Shown: positions 44,124 to 58,882, counted from the stretch's first letter. The stretch: 64,000 bases of DNA from Octopus vulgaris (GCA_951406725.2 OX597843.1:17794001-17858000), one strand, 5' to 3'. Numbers and translations: made by a program. Notes: generated by a model from the sequence alone, not told the origin.

Positions 44124-45555
44124 AATATTCTTCCGGAAGAGCAGAAGAAAGATAAACAAAAGTGCAGATGCACAAAAGATCATTGGTTAATTGATAAGAC
44201 AGGACTAAGAGACTGGAAAAGAAGGAGGACTAATCTGGCAATGTCATGGATTGAGTACCGTAAGGAATATGATTTGATTCCTCACTCATGGACTAGAGAA
44301 AGCCTAAATATATTTGGAATTGCAATGACTAAAGAAGATTTTCTGAGGAAAAGCATGGAAAAGTGGAAGACTGAGGCCACTCGATGGACAAAGTTTGGGT
44401 CTAATTGAAACGACGAGGGGCATGTTTCAAGCAGATTGTTCGTCTCTGTTGTTGTTTGTATTGTGCTTGATGCTTTGGCAACGATCTTGAGAATGACTAG
44501 AGCAGAATATGAGTTTAGGGACAACAAAAAAGAAAAGGGGTCAATCATCTGGAAAAGACGAATCCCAAGTTAGTTCACTTTTGGACACAATGGATGACTT
44601 TAGTTTTGATATCCGAATGAAATTTGGCCGACAAAACAATGATGAACTCATTTTGAAACGAAGCAAGTAAAAACACGGGATGGAATTGAAATAACTTGGG
44701 GAGAGAGATCATGGAGCAAATAAGGGATAAAAGCTAGAAATACTTTGGAATTTTAGAAATGGATAAATTGGGTGGAACAAGAAATGAAAATCGAGTTAAC
44801 AGAAAAATACTGTAGGAGAGTGAGATTAATTCTAAAATCGAAGTTGAATGGCAGGAATAAATTTGAGACGCTTAATACTTGGACAGAATCGCTGCTAAGA
44901 TATGGTGCTAGCGTGATTAAGTAGATCGCTTACGAGTTGCAATGTCTGGATAGGAAAACAAGGAAGTTTCTCGCAATGAACGGAAGCTTTCATCCGAGAA
45001 GTGGTGTTGACAGATTGATAAGTCAATAAGGAAATGTGGGGGATGACTCGTTAGTTGTGAAAGATGTGCGAGAGCGGAAGAGAACGGTGTGGTTTGGTAC
45101 ATAAAGAATGGTACTGAACCATTGCTGGTGGAATTGAGAAAGTAGAATTGAATGAAAATTGAAGATTGGAAGGAAAATTGTGAGTAGAAGAAGGAAAAGA
45201 AAACTGAAACCAAAGGAAGATGGAAAGAAAATAGGATGTACGGGAAACAGAAGCCGGAAAAGATTTGAAGAAGAGGGGCCAAGGATGTGGAAAAGTGATC
45301 TTGAAAGAGAAAAGAAGCTTTATTGTGTGCAGTCAAAAAGCAAACCCTGGGGACAAATTATGTTAAGCAGAAGATGGGCAGCTCAGGTGCAACAGGAAAG
45401 AATGTGTGAAGGAAAGTGAAAAACCGTTTGGCAAATCACCAACCAATGCACGGAGCTGACGCTGAAAGAATGCAAGCGATGCCATGATGACGTAGCGAAA
45501 ATCCTTCATTGGAAATTAGGCGGAAAATACGGCCTTGAAAGAGCAAGCCAACGAT

Positions 45556-45919
45556 ATTTTATTTATTTATTTTATTTTATCTTATCTAGTTTCAGCTCAC
45601 GAGCTGTGGCCATGCTGGGGCACCGCCATTTGGTGTTGCTACATGATTTTACTTCACGAATGCTTTTTAGCAATTGCCATTTGGTGCATGAGAGAGTTCG
45701 ATGCAGCTGCCCTCATCTGCACCTCCTGCCGTGAAGTTGGTTCATCTGGGACACCTGACAGGAAGAGATCCAGTTTTATTTTAAAGACATCTGCATCCAC
45801 CCCATGCAGGTCTCTCAGGTTCTTCGGGAGGATATTGAAGAGCTGTGGGCCTCTGAAGCCCAGGCTATCACAGTATCTTGTCCTACATCTTGATGGCAAA
45901 TTTGGAGTCCTTGGCACTA
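45556..45919 (-). mobile_element. 3' fragment of the CR1-like LINE
   Basis: Nearly identical to about 53680-54020. Confidence 0.9.
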
Positions 45920-46309
45920 TGAGAAAAAAATAAAACCGAAGACCGTGTAGAGAAAGTGACCATACCAAGATTTTATGGGTACAATGTGACCATGAAACTG
46001 AAAATGGTGAACCAGATATTATGGTGATTAACAGAGTGAACAGTGTTTGATTTTTGATGTGGGTTGTCCAGCTGACACTAAGGTGACAAAGAATTGAGGA
46101 AGATTGATCGATTTGAGATGGGAGACAAAAGATTTGTGGGGCATGAAAATGGTTGAAGAGACTCCGATTGCAATCAGGGCCCTTGGCATTTTGAACATCA
46201 GAATTGAAAGCTATTTAAAAATATTTCTGCCTCGGAATCCGGGGAAATCGGATTTAGGATTCCTGTAACTCAGGAAAGAAATTCCAACCCTTTTTTTATA
46301 TCTCTTTTA

Positions 46310-46955
46310 TATTTCTTCTTTTACTTCAGTCATCAGACTGCGGCCATGCTGGGGCACTACCTTGAAGAATATTTAGTCGAATGAATCGTCCCTAGTACTT
46401 ATTTTTTTTAAGCCTGGTACAACTTACTCTATCGATTTCTATTGCCGAGCCGCTATATTACGGGGACGTAAATAGACTAGCACCGGTTGTCAAGCTGTGA
46501 TGTGGGACAAACACGCGCACACACAAAGACACACATACGAGTTTCTTCCAGTTTCCGTTTGCCAATTTCACTCACAACGCTTTGGTTGGCCCGAAGCTTT
46601 AGGGGAAGGAACTTGCTTGAGGTGCCACTCAGTGGGACTGAACCCAGAACCATGTGATTTGGAAGCAAGCTACTTACTACACAGCCACGCCTGCGCCTAT
46701 ATATATACATATATGAGTGCGTGTGTGTGTGTGTGTGGTTGTGACTGTTTATATATATATATATGTGAGTGTGTATATATATATATATATATAGGCGCAG
46801 GAGTGGCTGTCTGGTAAGTAGCTTGTTTACCAACCACATGGTTCCGGGTTCGGTCCCACTGCGTGGCACCTTGGGCGGGTGTCTTCTTCTATAGCCTCGG
46901 GCCGACCACAGCCTTGTGAGTGGATTTGGTAGACGGAAACTGAAAGAAGCCCGTC

Positions 46956-47005
<50 letters not shown>

Positions 47006-47239
47006 GTGTGTGTGTGTGTGTTTGTGTGTCTGTGTTTGTTCCCCTAGCATTGCTTGACAACCGATGCTGGTGTGTTTATGTCCCCGTTACTTAGCGGTTC
47101 GGCAAAAGAGACCGATAGAATAAGTACTGGGCTTACAAAAGAATAAGTTCCGGGGTCGAGTTGCTCGATTAAAGGCGGTGCTCCAGCATGGCCGCAGTCA
47201 AATGACTGAAACAAGTAAAAGAGTAAAAGAGTAAAAGAG

Positions 47240-47240
<1 letters not shown>
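46310..47240. mobile_element. Head-to-head pair of SINE family 1 copies (46310-46697 minus, 46794-47240 plus)
   Basis: Family match. Confidence 0.85.
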
Positions 47241-47272
<32 letters not shown>

Positions 47273-47316
47273 GTATGTATATAAATATGTATATATATGC
47301 ATGTATTTATGTATAT

Positions 47317-47381
<65 letters not shown>

Positions 47382-47463
47382 CTATAATATATATATAATA
47401 TATCATATATATTTATATATGCATCTTTTGATTATGTGTGTGTTATATATATATATATATGTC

Positions 47464-47532
<69 letters not shown>

Positions 47533-47641
47533 GTATGTATATATAGAAACAGACAGATAGATAGATATATGTGTGTGTATATATATATATATATTTATTT
47601 ATATATATGTATATATATGCTTGTGTATGCCCATGTCCATG

Positions 47642-47715
<74 letters not shown>

Positions 47716-48656
47716 TGTATATATGTATGTATGTATATATAGAAACAGACAGATAGATATATATATATATTTATATATTCGTAAGTGAGTGTGTTTATAA
47801 ATATACGCAAAAACACTTTTTATTTCTCATGCATTATTAAGATATATATGTACATAAATGCATTCATATATCCCCATATATACGCATATGTTCATATGCA
47901 TACACACGTACATCTGTGTGTGTGTGCGCGCGCACGTGCGTGTGTGTGTGTGTGTGTGTGTGTTTGGGTGTGTGTTACGATTGCAGTCGAAGTCTAAATC
48001 AGCTTTTCCACATTTGCCGACATAAATCTAATCGATCATTTCCGGTAACACGTGATCAACCTATCCACCACCATACACAGCGCAGGAGACTTGCTGCCAC
48101 CGCCGCCATCAACACCCTGCTCACCTTTACTTCCTTCAACCGGAAGTGGGTCAGCTAATGGCGGCCACTCCACGCTCTCATCTGATTCAAACGCAACTGG
48201 AGCAGACGTATTGGATATGAAACTAGGAAATCTCACTTTCTTCGTAGCCTTTTTTCATACATACATATATATATATTTAAACACGCATACATACATACAT
48301 ATATATATAATATATATACATATATATATATACAAAATAATATCGTGTGTAAACATTTATTTATGTACGTATATGTATGTTTGCGCCTATATGTATGTAT
48401 TTGCATGTATGTATATATATATACATATATATATCCATACTTAATTGCACACAACCATATATATGTCTAATAATTATGAATATGTGAACATATAAACGTT
48501 TCTTATATAAATATAATATATATGTTTGAGTGTATATATCACACACACACACACACACACAAACACTCCCCCCACACACATATATATATTCTCTTTTTGT
48601 TTTTCTACATTCCCTCTTTTTGCCTACCACACCACACTGCCTCCTTCTCTTCCCCT

Positions 48657-48687
<31 letters not shown>

Positions 48688-49717
48688 GCTTCGTTTCGTG
48701 ATAACTAAATGTGTTTGTCGACAGGTGTGGGGGTCGACGTTAAAGTCGGCCAGAGACGTGGGAGCATCGGGAACTGAAATATCATTTGTACGAAGCCTTG
48801 TTTTGGATCCGAACTCTACATACTTCAAATGCGCATGTCATCATCGGTGTTGTCGATTAAACCTGACCTGGGACTAAACATCCACAACAAGAACAACAAC
48901 AGTAACAAGAGCAACGCTACCAACGCCGAGTTTCTATGCTTTCTCTTCAAATGCTACAAATAACGAAAAAATATCTTCGTGAGTCACATAAAACTATCTT
49001 AAAAACGGACGATTCGTTCAATATCAAGCGAATTGGACTCAAGTAAAAGAATGCAACGGAAAGACAATCAAAGATCTTTTGCTTGTTGATGGACTGAAAT
49101 TGCACGGTAAGAAGAAACACTGCGGCGTAAGGTTCACGGATTTATTTGAGGAAATAATATGGAACTGGGGTTAGAAAAGATCACATGCAAACCTGATGAA
49201 GAGAAAATTAATAAAAACTATAGTATTAAATGTTAGACGGAGAAATTGAGACAATAGAAATGGAAAATATTTGTGAATCAGTGAGACGAATAGAGTTGCA
49301 CAGCACACGTAAATAAAAGAATCGGTTAGCAAGGAAGACTGTAGAAGCATTAGGCTATAAGTCTTTTAAGGCGGTGAGATGGCATTTCGTCCGTCATTAC
49401 ATTCTGAGTTCAAATTCTGTCGAGGTTGACTTTGCCTTCCATCCTTTCGGGTTCGATAAAAAAAAAGACCTTGTTAATTGCTGGGGTCGATGTAATCAAC
49501 TTCACTTCTCCCTCGAAGTTGCTGGCCTCGTGCCAAAATTTTAAAGCATTATTTTCAGTTAATTAATTAAATCTAATTACGGAGATGTATTTGCATAGCA
49601 AGTGATTTGATCTGAGATCGTGTGCTGGAACGAAAACAATTGCAGCGTGGAAGGTGTTTGTAAGCCATTTAAGAAACACACAAAATCCGTTCGATTCACT
49701 TCAACATTTAAGTTTAA

Positions 49718-49768
49718 TTTGTCAAAATATTTTCGTCGCTTTAAGACCGCGACCTTTTCACTGACAAA
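49718..49768 (-). ncRNA. Second copy of the G3-C8 HHR family (core GUGAAAA, 3-8 pair broken), in fold-back 49575-49850
   Basis: tttgtca GTGAAAA g gtcgc-ggtcttaaa-gcgac GAAA atat TT tgacaaa. Confidence 0.6.
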
Positions 49769-50457
49769 AATCCGTGCTGCATCCGAATGTTGAAGTGAAT
49801 CGAACGGATTTTGTGTGTTTCTTAAATGTCTTACCTTCCACGCTGCAATTAAATCTAAGTTATTTAGAAAAAAGTTTTCTTTCATAAACACAAATATTTG
49901 GGGAGACGGGGGTCAATATATCGAATCGACTCCAACACTTAACTGGTTCTGATATTTATCGACCCCCCGAAAAAAACGAAAGACAAAACTGACTTCGGTG
50001 AGTTTCGAACTTAGACTGTAAAGAACCAGAAGTAACTTTTTCTAACGTTAACGGAATTCTATCAATCCCCGCCCTAAACACACGAAAAATGTCAACATTT
50101 TCAGACTTCCCCCTCCCCTCATTCATCTTTTTCAAATTTCTTCATAAAATTCTTTTTGCAGTTTTTAATTCTCCAGAATATATTTTATTTATTTTTCTTC
50201 CGACAATTTATTATTTTACTTGTTTCAGGTATTGGACTGCGGCCATGCTGGGGCACCGGCTTGAACAGCTTTGGTGGAGCGAATCGACCACAGTACTTAT
50301 GGATTTGTTTTAAGTCTAGTACTTGTTCTATCGGACCGCTAAGTTTCAGGGACGTAAACAAACAGATACAAAGAAATACACACACACACGTACGGAGGCA
50401 GGGACGCATACACACACGCACATCTCTATATCTATCTGTATATATATATATATATAT

Positions 50458-51040
50458 ACTCTTTTACTTTTTTACTCTTTTACTCTTTTACTTGTTTCAC
50501 TTTTACTCTTTTACTTGGAGCACAGCCTTTAGTCGAGAAAATCGACCCCGGGACTTATTCTTTGTAAGCCTAGTACTTATTCTATCGGTGTCTTTTGCCG
50601 AACCGCTAAGTTACGGGGACGTAAACACAACAGCGATGTTGGGGGGACAAACACAGATACACAAACACACATATATATATATACATATATACGACAGGCT
50701 TCTTTCAGTTTCCGTCTACCAAATCCACTCACAAGCTTTGGTCGGCCCGAGGCTATAGTAGAAGACACTTGCCCAAGGTGCCACGCAGTGGGACTGAACC
50801 CGGAACCATGTGGTTGGTAAGCAAGCTACTTACCACACAGCCACTCCTGCGCCTATAATATATATATATACTATTTTGTTACACACTCACCGTTAAAATT
50901 TCCACTTATTTCTTTTTTAATTTTCTAAAATTTTTGTTGCGTCTTGCAACTTTTTCAATAGTTTTGAGTCAACCAAAACCGACCAAAGCCTTGTGAGTGG
51001 ATTTGGTAGACGGAAACTGAAAGAAGCCGTAGTATATATG

Positions 51041-51098
<58 letters not shown>

Positions 51099-51297
51099 TA
51101 TATCTGTGTTTCTCCCCACAACATCACTTGACAACCGATGCTGGTGTGTTTACATCCCCGTCACTTAGCGGTTCGGTAAAAGAGACCGATAGAATAAGTA
51201 CTAGACTTACAAAGAATAAGTCGTGTGGTCGATTTCCTCGACTAAAGGCGGTGCTCCAGTATGGCCACAGTCAAATGACTGAAACAAGTAAAAGAGT
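50458..51297. mobile_element. SINE family 1 copies (50458-50853 minus, 50979-51297 plus)
   Basis: Family match. Confidence 0.85.
50925..50961 (-). ncRNA. Decayed copy of the U3-A8 HHR family (G12 to A)
   Basis: cta TTGAAAA a gttgc-aagac-gcaac AAAA at TT tag. Confidence 0.45.
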
Positions 51298-51313
51298 ATA
51301 TATATATATGTTG

Positions 51314-54024
51314 CTATGTACATCCGTGAGGACCTCACACCCCAGGTCCTTTTGTCATACTCAAATTCGGTCTGTGACACACTAATTGTACATATAAGGC
51401 AACTTGGTGTAGTTATATGTGCTACATATCGCCCTCCAGATGCCCCAAGCCATGCAGACAAGTTTGAAGACTGCCTTATAAAAATAGAAGTTCTAGTCAC
51501 ATTTGAACAACACATAAGTGTACTTCTTATGGGAAACTTCAATCTACCCAATGTCAGATGGTCCGAGGGCCTTTCTCTCTCAGGAATGACACGATGCGAA
51601 CGAGGACAGGCGAGGTCCCGCCTGAACCTCATCAATACTCTGTACATGGAGCAAGTAATACTCCAACCAACCAGGGCAGGTAACATACGGGATCTCTGCT
51701 TCACAAATAATATGGATCTCATCCATAATGTGAAAGTGACACCGACACTACTCTCGGATCACAACATGGTAGAGCTGACCATGTACGGGCAAAAGGAAAG
51801 CATGGACATGCAACCTACAAGAAACTCTCAGAATCTTTCTAGCTTTAACTTCCATAACGCAAACCGGAAACAAATTGAGAAAGAGATCCTCAAACAAAAC
51901 TGGCCTGAATGTCTCTCCTCGCCAGACAACGACATGAAACTTCAACAATTCATGTCTGTAATGCAAGCCATATGCTACAAATGTGTCCCAGAGAGAAAGG
52001 CCACTGTACACATGAACAAAATCCCCAGAGAGAGGAAAATTCTAATGAGACGGCGTACAAAAGTTTCAAATCGCCTAAACAAACAAACTGAAAGCAGTGA
52101 AAATTCCCGCCTGAAAATAAAGCTGTTGGAAATTGAAAAATGTCTGCAACTCTCACATGAAAAAGAAAGAGCAGACAAAGAAGCCTGGGCCGTAGACAAC
52201 ATAAAATCTAACCCCAGAGCTTTCTACAGGTATGCCAAAGAAACAGCTACGGTGCACTGTAGGATAGGTCCACTCCTTGAAAAGGATGGCACACTCACAG
52301 GAAATCCAATGAGGGTAAGTGAAATACTAAATGAGCAATTCAAGAGCATTTTCAAGTCAGCAATCCAACTGACTTCTTTACCACTGCAGATATAAAATCA
52401 GAGGCAGCGATGATTGATTACATCAATATAAAGGAAGACGATGTAATAAAGGCTATAGATGAAATGAAAACAAACTCAGCCCCGATGGATTCCCGGCAAT
52501 CCTTCTAAAAGTATGTAAGAGAGTCCTAGCAAGACCACTGCAGTTCCTCTTTCAGAGCTTCTTTGCAACTGGCAAACTTCCAAGTAAACTGAAGGAAGGT
52601 AAACTATGCCCTATTCATAAAGGAGGTAGCAGAACGGAGGCCAAGAACTACAGACCTATCTCTCTGACCTCACACATCAGCGAGGTCATGGAACGAATAG
52701 TCAGAAGGAAACTAATCACCTTCCTTGAAGAAAATGACTTACTGCCTGACACCCAGGAAGAAGCTGCTTAACTCAACTCCTACAACACCATGACTGGGTG
52801 CTGAAACGACTGCTCAACCACTCAAATGTGGAAGTCATATATTTCGACTTTGCAAAGGCCTTTGATAAAGTCGATCATGGAATGATATGTCACAAACTGT
52901 GTGATCTTGGCATAGTTGGAAAATTGGGAGAATGGCTTCATGACTTTCTGAAGGATAGAAGTCAGGTGGTAGTAGCCAATGGGGCCACTTCCATTAACAC
53001 GCAAATAGTGAGCGGTGTTCCGCAAGGCACTGTTTTAGGACCACTACTGTTCATAATGGCAATACAGAACCCTGAAGACACTAAGCACCTGCAATGTGAG
53101 CTGGACAAAATATACAAGTAGGCTGAAAAGAATAGCATGCAGTTCAATGCTGAAAAGTTTCAAGCTTTATGCTATCAGCATGCAAAACTAAATGCAATAC
53201 CCAATAAATACACTGGACCTGGAGGGATTGCAATCCCAGAGGCACAATCAGTGCGAGACCTGGGTATTTACATGAGTGATGATGCAACCTTTCATGTGCA
53301 TGTTGCTAAATTGGCAATGAAATGTAGGCGGCTGACCGGATGGATTCTTAGAACCTTTAGAACAAGAGACCAAGAAACCATGATGGTCCTCTGGAGGACA
53401 CTTATCCTAAGCCACTTTGATTATTGCTCTCAGCTATGGTCACCATCCAGTGTCAAGTTAATCACAGAACTTGAGGCGATCCAACGAAGCTACACGAAGA
53501 AGATAGCCTCTGTGCAGCATATAAGCTACTGGGAAAGACTCAAGAGATTAAAACTCTATTCCTTGGAGCGTAGGCGAGAAAGATATGCCATAATATACAT
53601 CTGGAAGATCCTGGAAGGACTTGTCCCAAACTTTGGCATCGAGAGTTACACAAATGCCAGAACTGGGCGCCACTGCGTGGTGCCAAGGACTCCAAATTTG
53701 CCATCAAGATGTAGGACAAGATACTGTGATAGCCTGGGCTTCAGAGGCCCACAGCTCTTCAATATCCTCCCGAAGAACCTGAGGGACCTGCATGGGGTGG
53801 ATGCGGATGTCTTTAAAGTAGGACTGGATCTCTTCCTGTCAGGTGTCCCAGATGAACCAACTTCACGGCAGGAGGTGCAGATGAGGGCAGCTACATCGAA
53901 CTCTCTCATGCACCAAATGGCATTTGCTAAAACGCATTCGTGAAGTAAAATCATGTAGCAACACCAAATTGCGGTGCCCCAGCATGGTCACAGCTCGTGA
54001 GCTGAAACTAGATAAAATAAAAAA
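51314..54024 (+). mobile_element. CR1/L2-group LINE ORF2 (APE endonuclease + RT), frameshifted, 5'-truncated
   Basis: YRPP, MGNFNLP, PTRAGNIRDL, SDH; NYRPISL; YFDFAKAFDKVDH, SGVPQGTVLGPLLF (YADD region deleted); RDLGI, DYCSQLWSP, LE.IQR; conserved 3' tail. Confidence 0.92.
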
Positions 54025-54090
<66 letters not shown>

Positions 54091-54104
54091 GGATGGATGT
54101 ATCA

Positions 54105-54139
<35 letters not shown>

Positions 54140-54576
54140 ATCCAAATATGAAAACACAAAGAGAAAGCACAACAACGATGCTTCAATATATATATATATA
54201 TATAGGTTATAAAATGAGATAGGGGTTGAAAATTCAACCCACCATGGGATAATATATATCCAATATACTGCTAGATAGGTACCCAACAAAAATAATACAT
54301 AGATGTTAAAAATTGTCAAGCAATCAGTTCATCTATTGTATTAAATGGGTAAAGGTAATAATATTACCGTAAATTAATACTACAAAATTAGAGAATGGAG
54401 AAACATACTTAAATCAGTAAAACATCAACTATCCGATGATACTCAATCCATACTTTAATACACCATTACATATGAGTAAAGGCAATATATAAAATGAAAT
54501 GAGATATACAGTAATAGTAAAAGTAAAAAGATAAAGAGATATAAGTAAAAAATTTCAAATATAATATGCAAATAAA

Positions 54577-54696
54577 TCAAAACTGACAGCTGTTTCGGCA
54601 GTGAGGACAGTCATACCTCATATAACCTATAAGCCATAAAGGCAGGTATAAATGAGGCATTAACAAGGATGCCCCACGGCCTCTTCAGAGAATTAA
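54577..54696 (-). ncRNA. Type I hammerhead ribozyme, canonical core, long stem II
   Basis: Mirror copy of 58063-58182. Confidence 0.75.
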
Positions 54697-55030
54697 ATTA
54701 AATTTGTTATAATAGTGAAAAATATTATATAATCATATACATATAAATATAAAAATATAAAAATGTAAAATATAAAAACTTATACATCATAATGCTACAC
54801 TTATATAATATAATACACATTTGTACAAAAAGGAAGGTAAACAGAACAATATAAAACAAAATATATAACAGTGTATATATTAATATTAATAAGTACCGAT
54901 ATTATACATATTTGGCTAATAGTTTTTTATAAAAAAAAAAGGGCTAACACATATGGAGATGAAAAGTAATAATTAAATCCGTGGTACAGTTCATAAAATT
55001 CTAAAGATATAAAAGTTAATAAAAATTACT

Positions 55031-55074
<44 letters not shown>

Positions 55075-57685
55075 TAATAATAATAAAAAAATACTAAAAA
55101 TAGATACAGTTAAGTTAGCACCAAGTCCATCCTTTCAAGATCGAAATAACTATGAGTTAAGAAATGCTGACCACTAGGTAAAGAAAATTTAGATTAATTC
55201 GATTGGCTATTGGTTTGAAATTTAAATCACAAAAGAAAATTATACGGTTGGTTAGTCAAGGAACGCCAATATTCACACACGCATCTACAGATCAATCGCA
55301 CATACACACATAGTTATATGTATATACATACACTTATACACATACATAAGCAACAACTAGCACTTAGATAAACAAAAAAGGGAAGCAACTATGTTATCAT
55401 TTAGTCCTTCAAAATTATAACTGAGCCTTAATAACAAAAAAAGAACCATCCATGCATTCTATAAAATATTTAATTTAGATATAAATATATTTTTAAATAT
55501 CAGTATGTTACTAATTCAGATAATTATTTCATGGGTAACTTAAAATTTATAACACCGGTTTGTTACAGAGTAAACATACGGTTGTTAGGTTTATCGTAAG
55601 TTTGTTATGATTTTAAGTACGCTAAATTATAAAATATAAAATATAAAATATATATTAATTTAAATATTATAAATAAGTCACTTATTAACTTAATAAATAT
55701 AGTACCATAATATACCAGTTTAGGCATTAAAGAATAGAAGGGGAAGTATTAATGTAAACGCTTATGAGAACATCACAGAAATTTTAAATAAATTTTATAT
55801 TATAAAGACTTAAGATGAAAAGAGATAAAATAAATAAAAAGGAATAAATACGAAGGAATAAATACGGTTATACACATAATTATAAGTACAAACTAGTATA
55901 TATGTATTCATATATTATTAAAATTAAATACAAATAAATGATAGATATGTATGTATAAAACTACACCAGTATAAGTAAATAAGTAAAAAATAAATAGGTA
56001 ACAAATTAGATGACTTGATATGTATGTAAACATCTACACTTAAATAGGCAAATAAATAAATGAATAGAAGACTAGATGCAAAGATTGATAATATTACAAT
56101 AAAATGGGAAATAAATAAAAATAAATAAAGTGAATATATATATTTTATATATATTTTATATTGTTGAAAGTAAAAATGTATGGAAGGATAGTTTAAAGTA
56201 CAGATCCAGAGGACTATAGATATAAACTAAATATATGAGGCTGGTAATAATTATAAAGCAAAATGCATGTAAATGAGAAAATGAAAAAAAAGAAAAATGA
56301 AAAAGGTTTATCAGTGAATAGCATAAGATACAAATTAAGGTGAGTACAAAAAGACCAAATATATAATAAAAACCTTCCAAATGGAAGGTTTTTATTATAT
56401 ATTTGGTCTTTTTGTACTCACCTTAATTTGTATCTTATGCTATTCACTGATAAACCTTTTTCATTTTTCTTTTTTTCATTTTCTCATTTACATGCATTTT
56501 GCTTTATAATTATTACCAGCCTCATATATTTAGTTTATATCTATAGTCCTCTGGATCTGTACTTTAAACTATCCTTCCATACATTTTTACTTTCAACAAT
56601 ATAAAATATATATAAAATATATATATTCACTTTATTTATTTTTATTTATTTCCCATTTTATTGTAATATTATCAATCTTTGCATCTAGTCTTCTATTCAT
56701 TTATTTATTTGCCTATTTAAGTGTAGATGTTTACATACATATCAAGTCATCTAATTTGTTACCTATTTATTTTTTACTTATTTACTTATACTGGTGTAGT
56801 TTTATACATACATATCTATCATTTATTTGTATTTAATTTTAATAATATATGAATACATATATACTAGTTTGTACTTATAATTATGTGTATAACCGTATTT
56901 ATTCCTTCGTATTTATTCCTTTTTATTTATTTTATCTCTTTTCATCTTAAGTCTTTATAATATAAAATTTATTTAAAATTTCTGTGATGTTCTCATAAGC
57001 GTTTACATTAATACTTCCCCTTCTATTCTTTAATGCCTAAACTGGTATATTATGGCACTATATTTATTAAGTTAATAAGTGACTTATTTATAATATTTAA
57101 ATTAATATATATTTTATATTTTATATTTTATAATTTAGCGTACTTAAAATCATAACAAACTTACGATAAACCTAACAACCGTATGTTTACTCTGTAACAA
57201 ACCGGTGTTATAAATTTTAAGTTACCCATGAAATAATTATCTGAATTAGTAACATACTGATATTTAAAAATATATTTATATCTAAATTAAATATTTTATA
57301 GAATGCATGGATGGTTCTTTTTTTGTTATTAAGGCTCAGTTATAATTTTGAAGGACTAAATGATAACATAGTTGCTTCCCTTTTTTGTTTATCTAAGTGC
57401 TAGTTGTTGCTTATGTATGTGTATAAGTGTATGTATATACATATAACTATGTGTGTATGTGCGATTGATCTGTAGATGCGTGTGTGAATATTGGCGTTCC
57501 TTGACTAACCAACCGTATAATTTTCTTTTGTGATTTAAATTTCAAACCAATAGCCAATCGAATTAATCTAAATTTTCTTTACCTAGTGGTCAGCATTTCT
57601 TAACTCATAGTTATTTCGATCTTGAAAGGATGGACTTGGTGCTAACTTAACTGTATCTATTTTTAGTATTTTTTTATTATTATTA

Positions 57686-57729
<44 letters not shown>

Positions 57730-58062
57730 AGTAATTTTTATTAACTTTTATAGCTTTAGAATTTTATGAACTGTACCACGGATTTAATTATTACTTTTCA
57801 TCTCCATATGTGTTAGCCCTTTTTTTTTATAAAAAACTATTAGCCAAATATGTATAATATCGGTACTTATTAATATTAATATATACACTGTTATATATTT
57901 TGTTTTATATTGTTCTGTTTACCTTCCTTTTTGTACAAATGTGTATTATATTATATAAGTGTAGCATTATGATGTATAAGTTTTTATATTTTACATTTTT
58001 ATATTTTTATATTTATATGTATATGATTATATAATATTTTTCACTATTATAACAAATTTAAT

Positions 58063-58182
58063 TTAATTCTCTGAAGAGGCCGTGGGGCATCCTTGTTAAT
58101 GCCTCATTTATACCTGCCTTTATGGCTTATAGGTTATATGAGGTATGACTGTCCTCACTGCCGAAACAGCTGTCAGTTTTGA
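58063..58182 (+). ncRNA. Type I hammerhead ribozyme, canonical core, long stem II
   Basis: ttaattct CTGAAGA ggc-cgtggggca...tgtcctcact-gcc GAAA cagctg TC agttttga. Confidence 0.75.
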
Positions 58183-58368
58183 TTTATTTGCATATTATAT
58201 TTGAAATTTTTTACTTATATCTCTTTATCTTTTTACTTTTACTATTACTGTATATCTCATTTCATTTTATATATTGCCTTTACTCATATGTAATGGTGTA
58301 TTAAAGTATGGATTGAGTATCATCGGATAGTTGATGTTTTACTGATTTAAGTATGTTTCTCCATTCTC

Positions 58369-58411
<43 letters not shown>

Positions 58412-58436
58412 GTATATCATGTAAATGCATATATAT

Positions 58437-58730
58437 GTGCATGGCTTAGTGGTTAGGGTGTTGCACTCACGATTGCAAGATCGTGGATTCGATTGCCAGA
58501 CCGGGTATTCCTTTGATCTCTTGAGCAAAGCACTTCATTTGACGTTGCTCTGCGATCATTTTAACATCTGACATGTGGCACCCAGTTGCACCTGTACAGG
58601 TAATTTCGATTTAATGAAGGGAGTGAGCTTATATCTACACAAACGTTTGATGATTAATATAAACAAATCATCTGTGTGCTTGTTCGGTAAGAAATTGCCA
58701 AGCCTTATACATTGTCTAACAACAGGAGAG

Positions 58731-58732
<2 letters not shown>
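58437..58732 (+). mobile_element. tRNA-derived CORE-like SINE (diverged, separate family)
   Basis: TGGCTTAGTGG A box, GGATTCGATT B box, CTTGAGCAAAGCACTT core. Confidence 0.75.
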
Positions 58733-58767
<35 letters not shown>

Positions 58768-58785
58768 ATAGATAGATAGATAGAT

Positions 58786-58846
<61 letters not shown>

Positions 58847-58882
58847 GAGATAGATATATACGTCATTGAACGATGGGAGGGT

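Larger units (their letters stand above)
43045..46230 (+). mobile_element. Heavily decayed Dong/R4-type LINE interrupted by SINE and CR1-like inserts
   Basis: Scattered motifs (ILKSKLNGRNK..LNTW, FHP, LHWKL, PDIMVI) in collinear order. Confidence 0.65.
54384..58375. repeat. 4-kb near-perfect palindrome (two about 1995-bp arms, 2-nt spacer at 56380-56381)
   Basis: Centre AACCTTCCA-AA-TGGAAGGTT; arms reverse-complementary with only a few differences seen. Confidence 0.95.
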
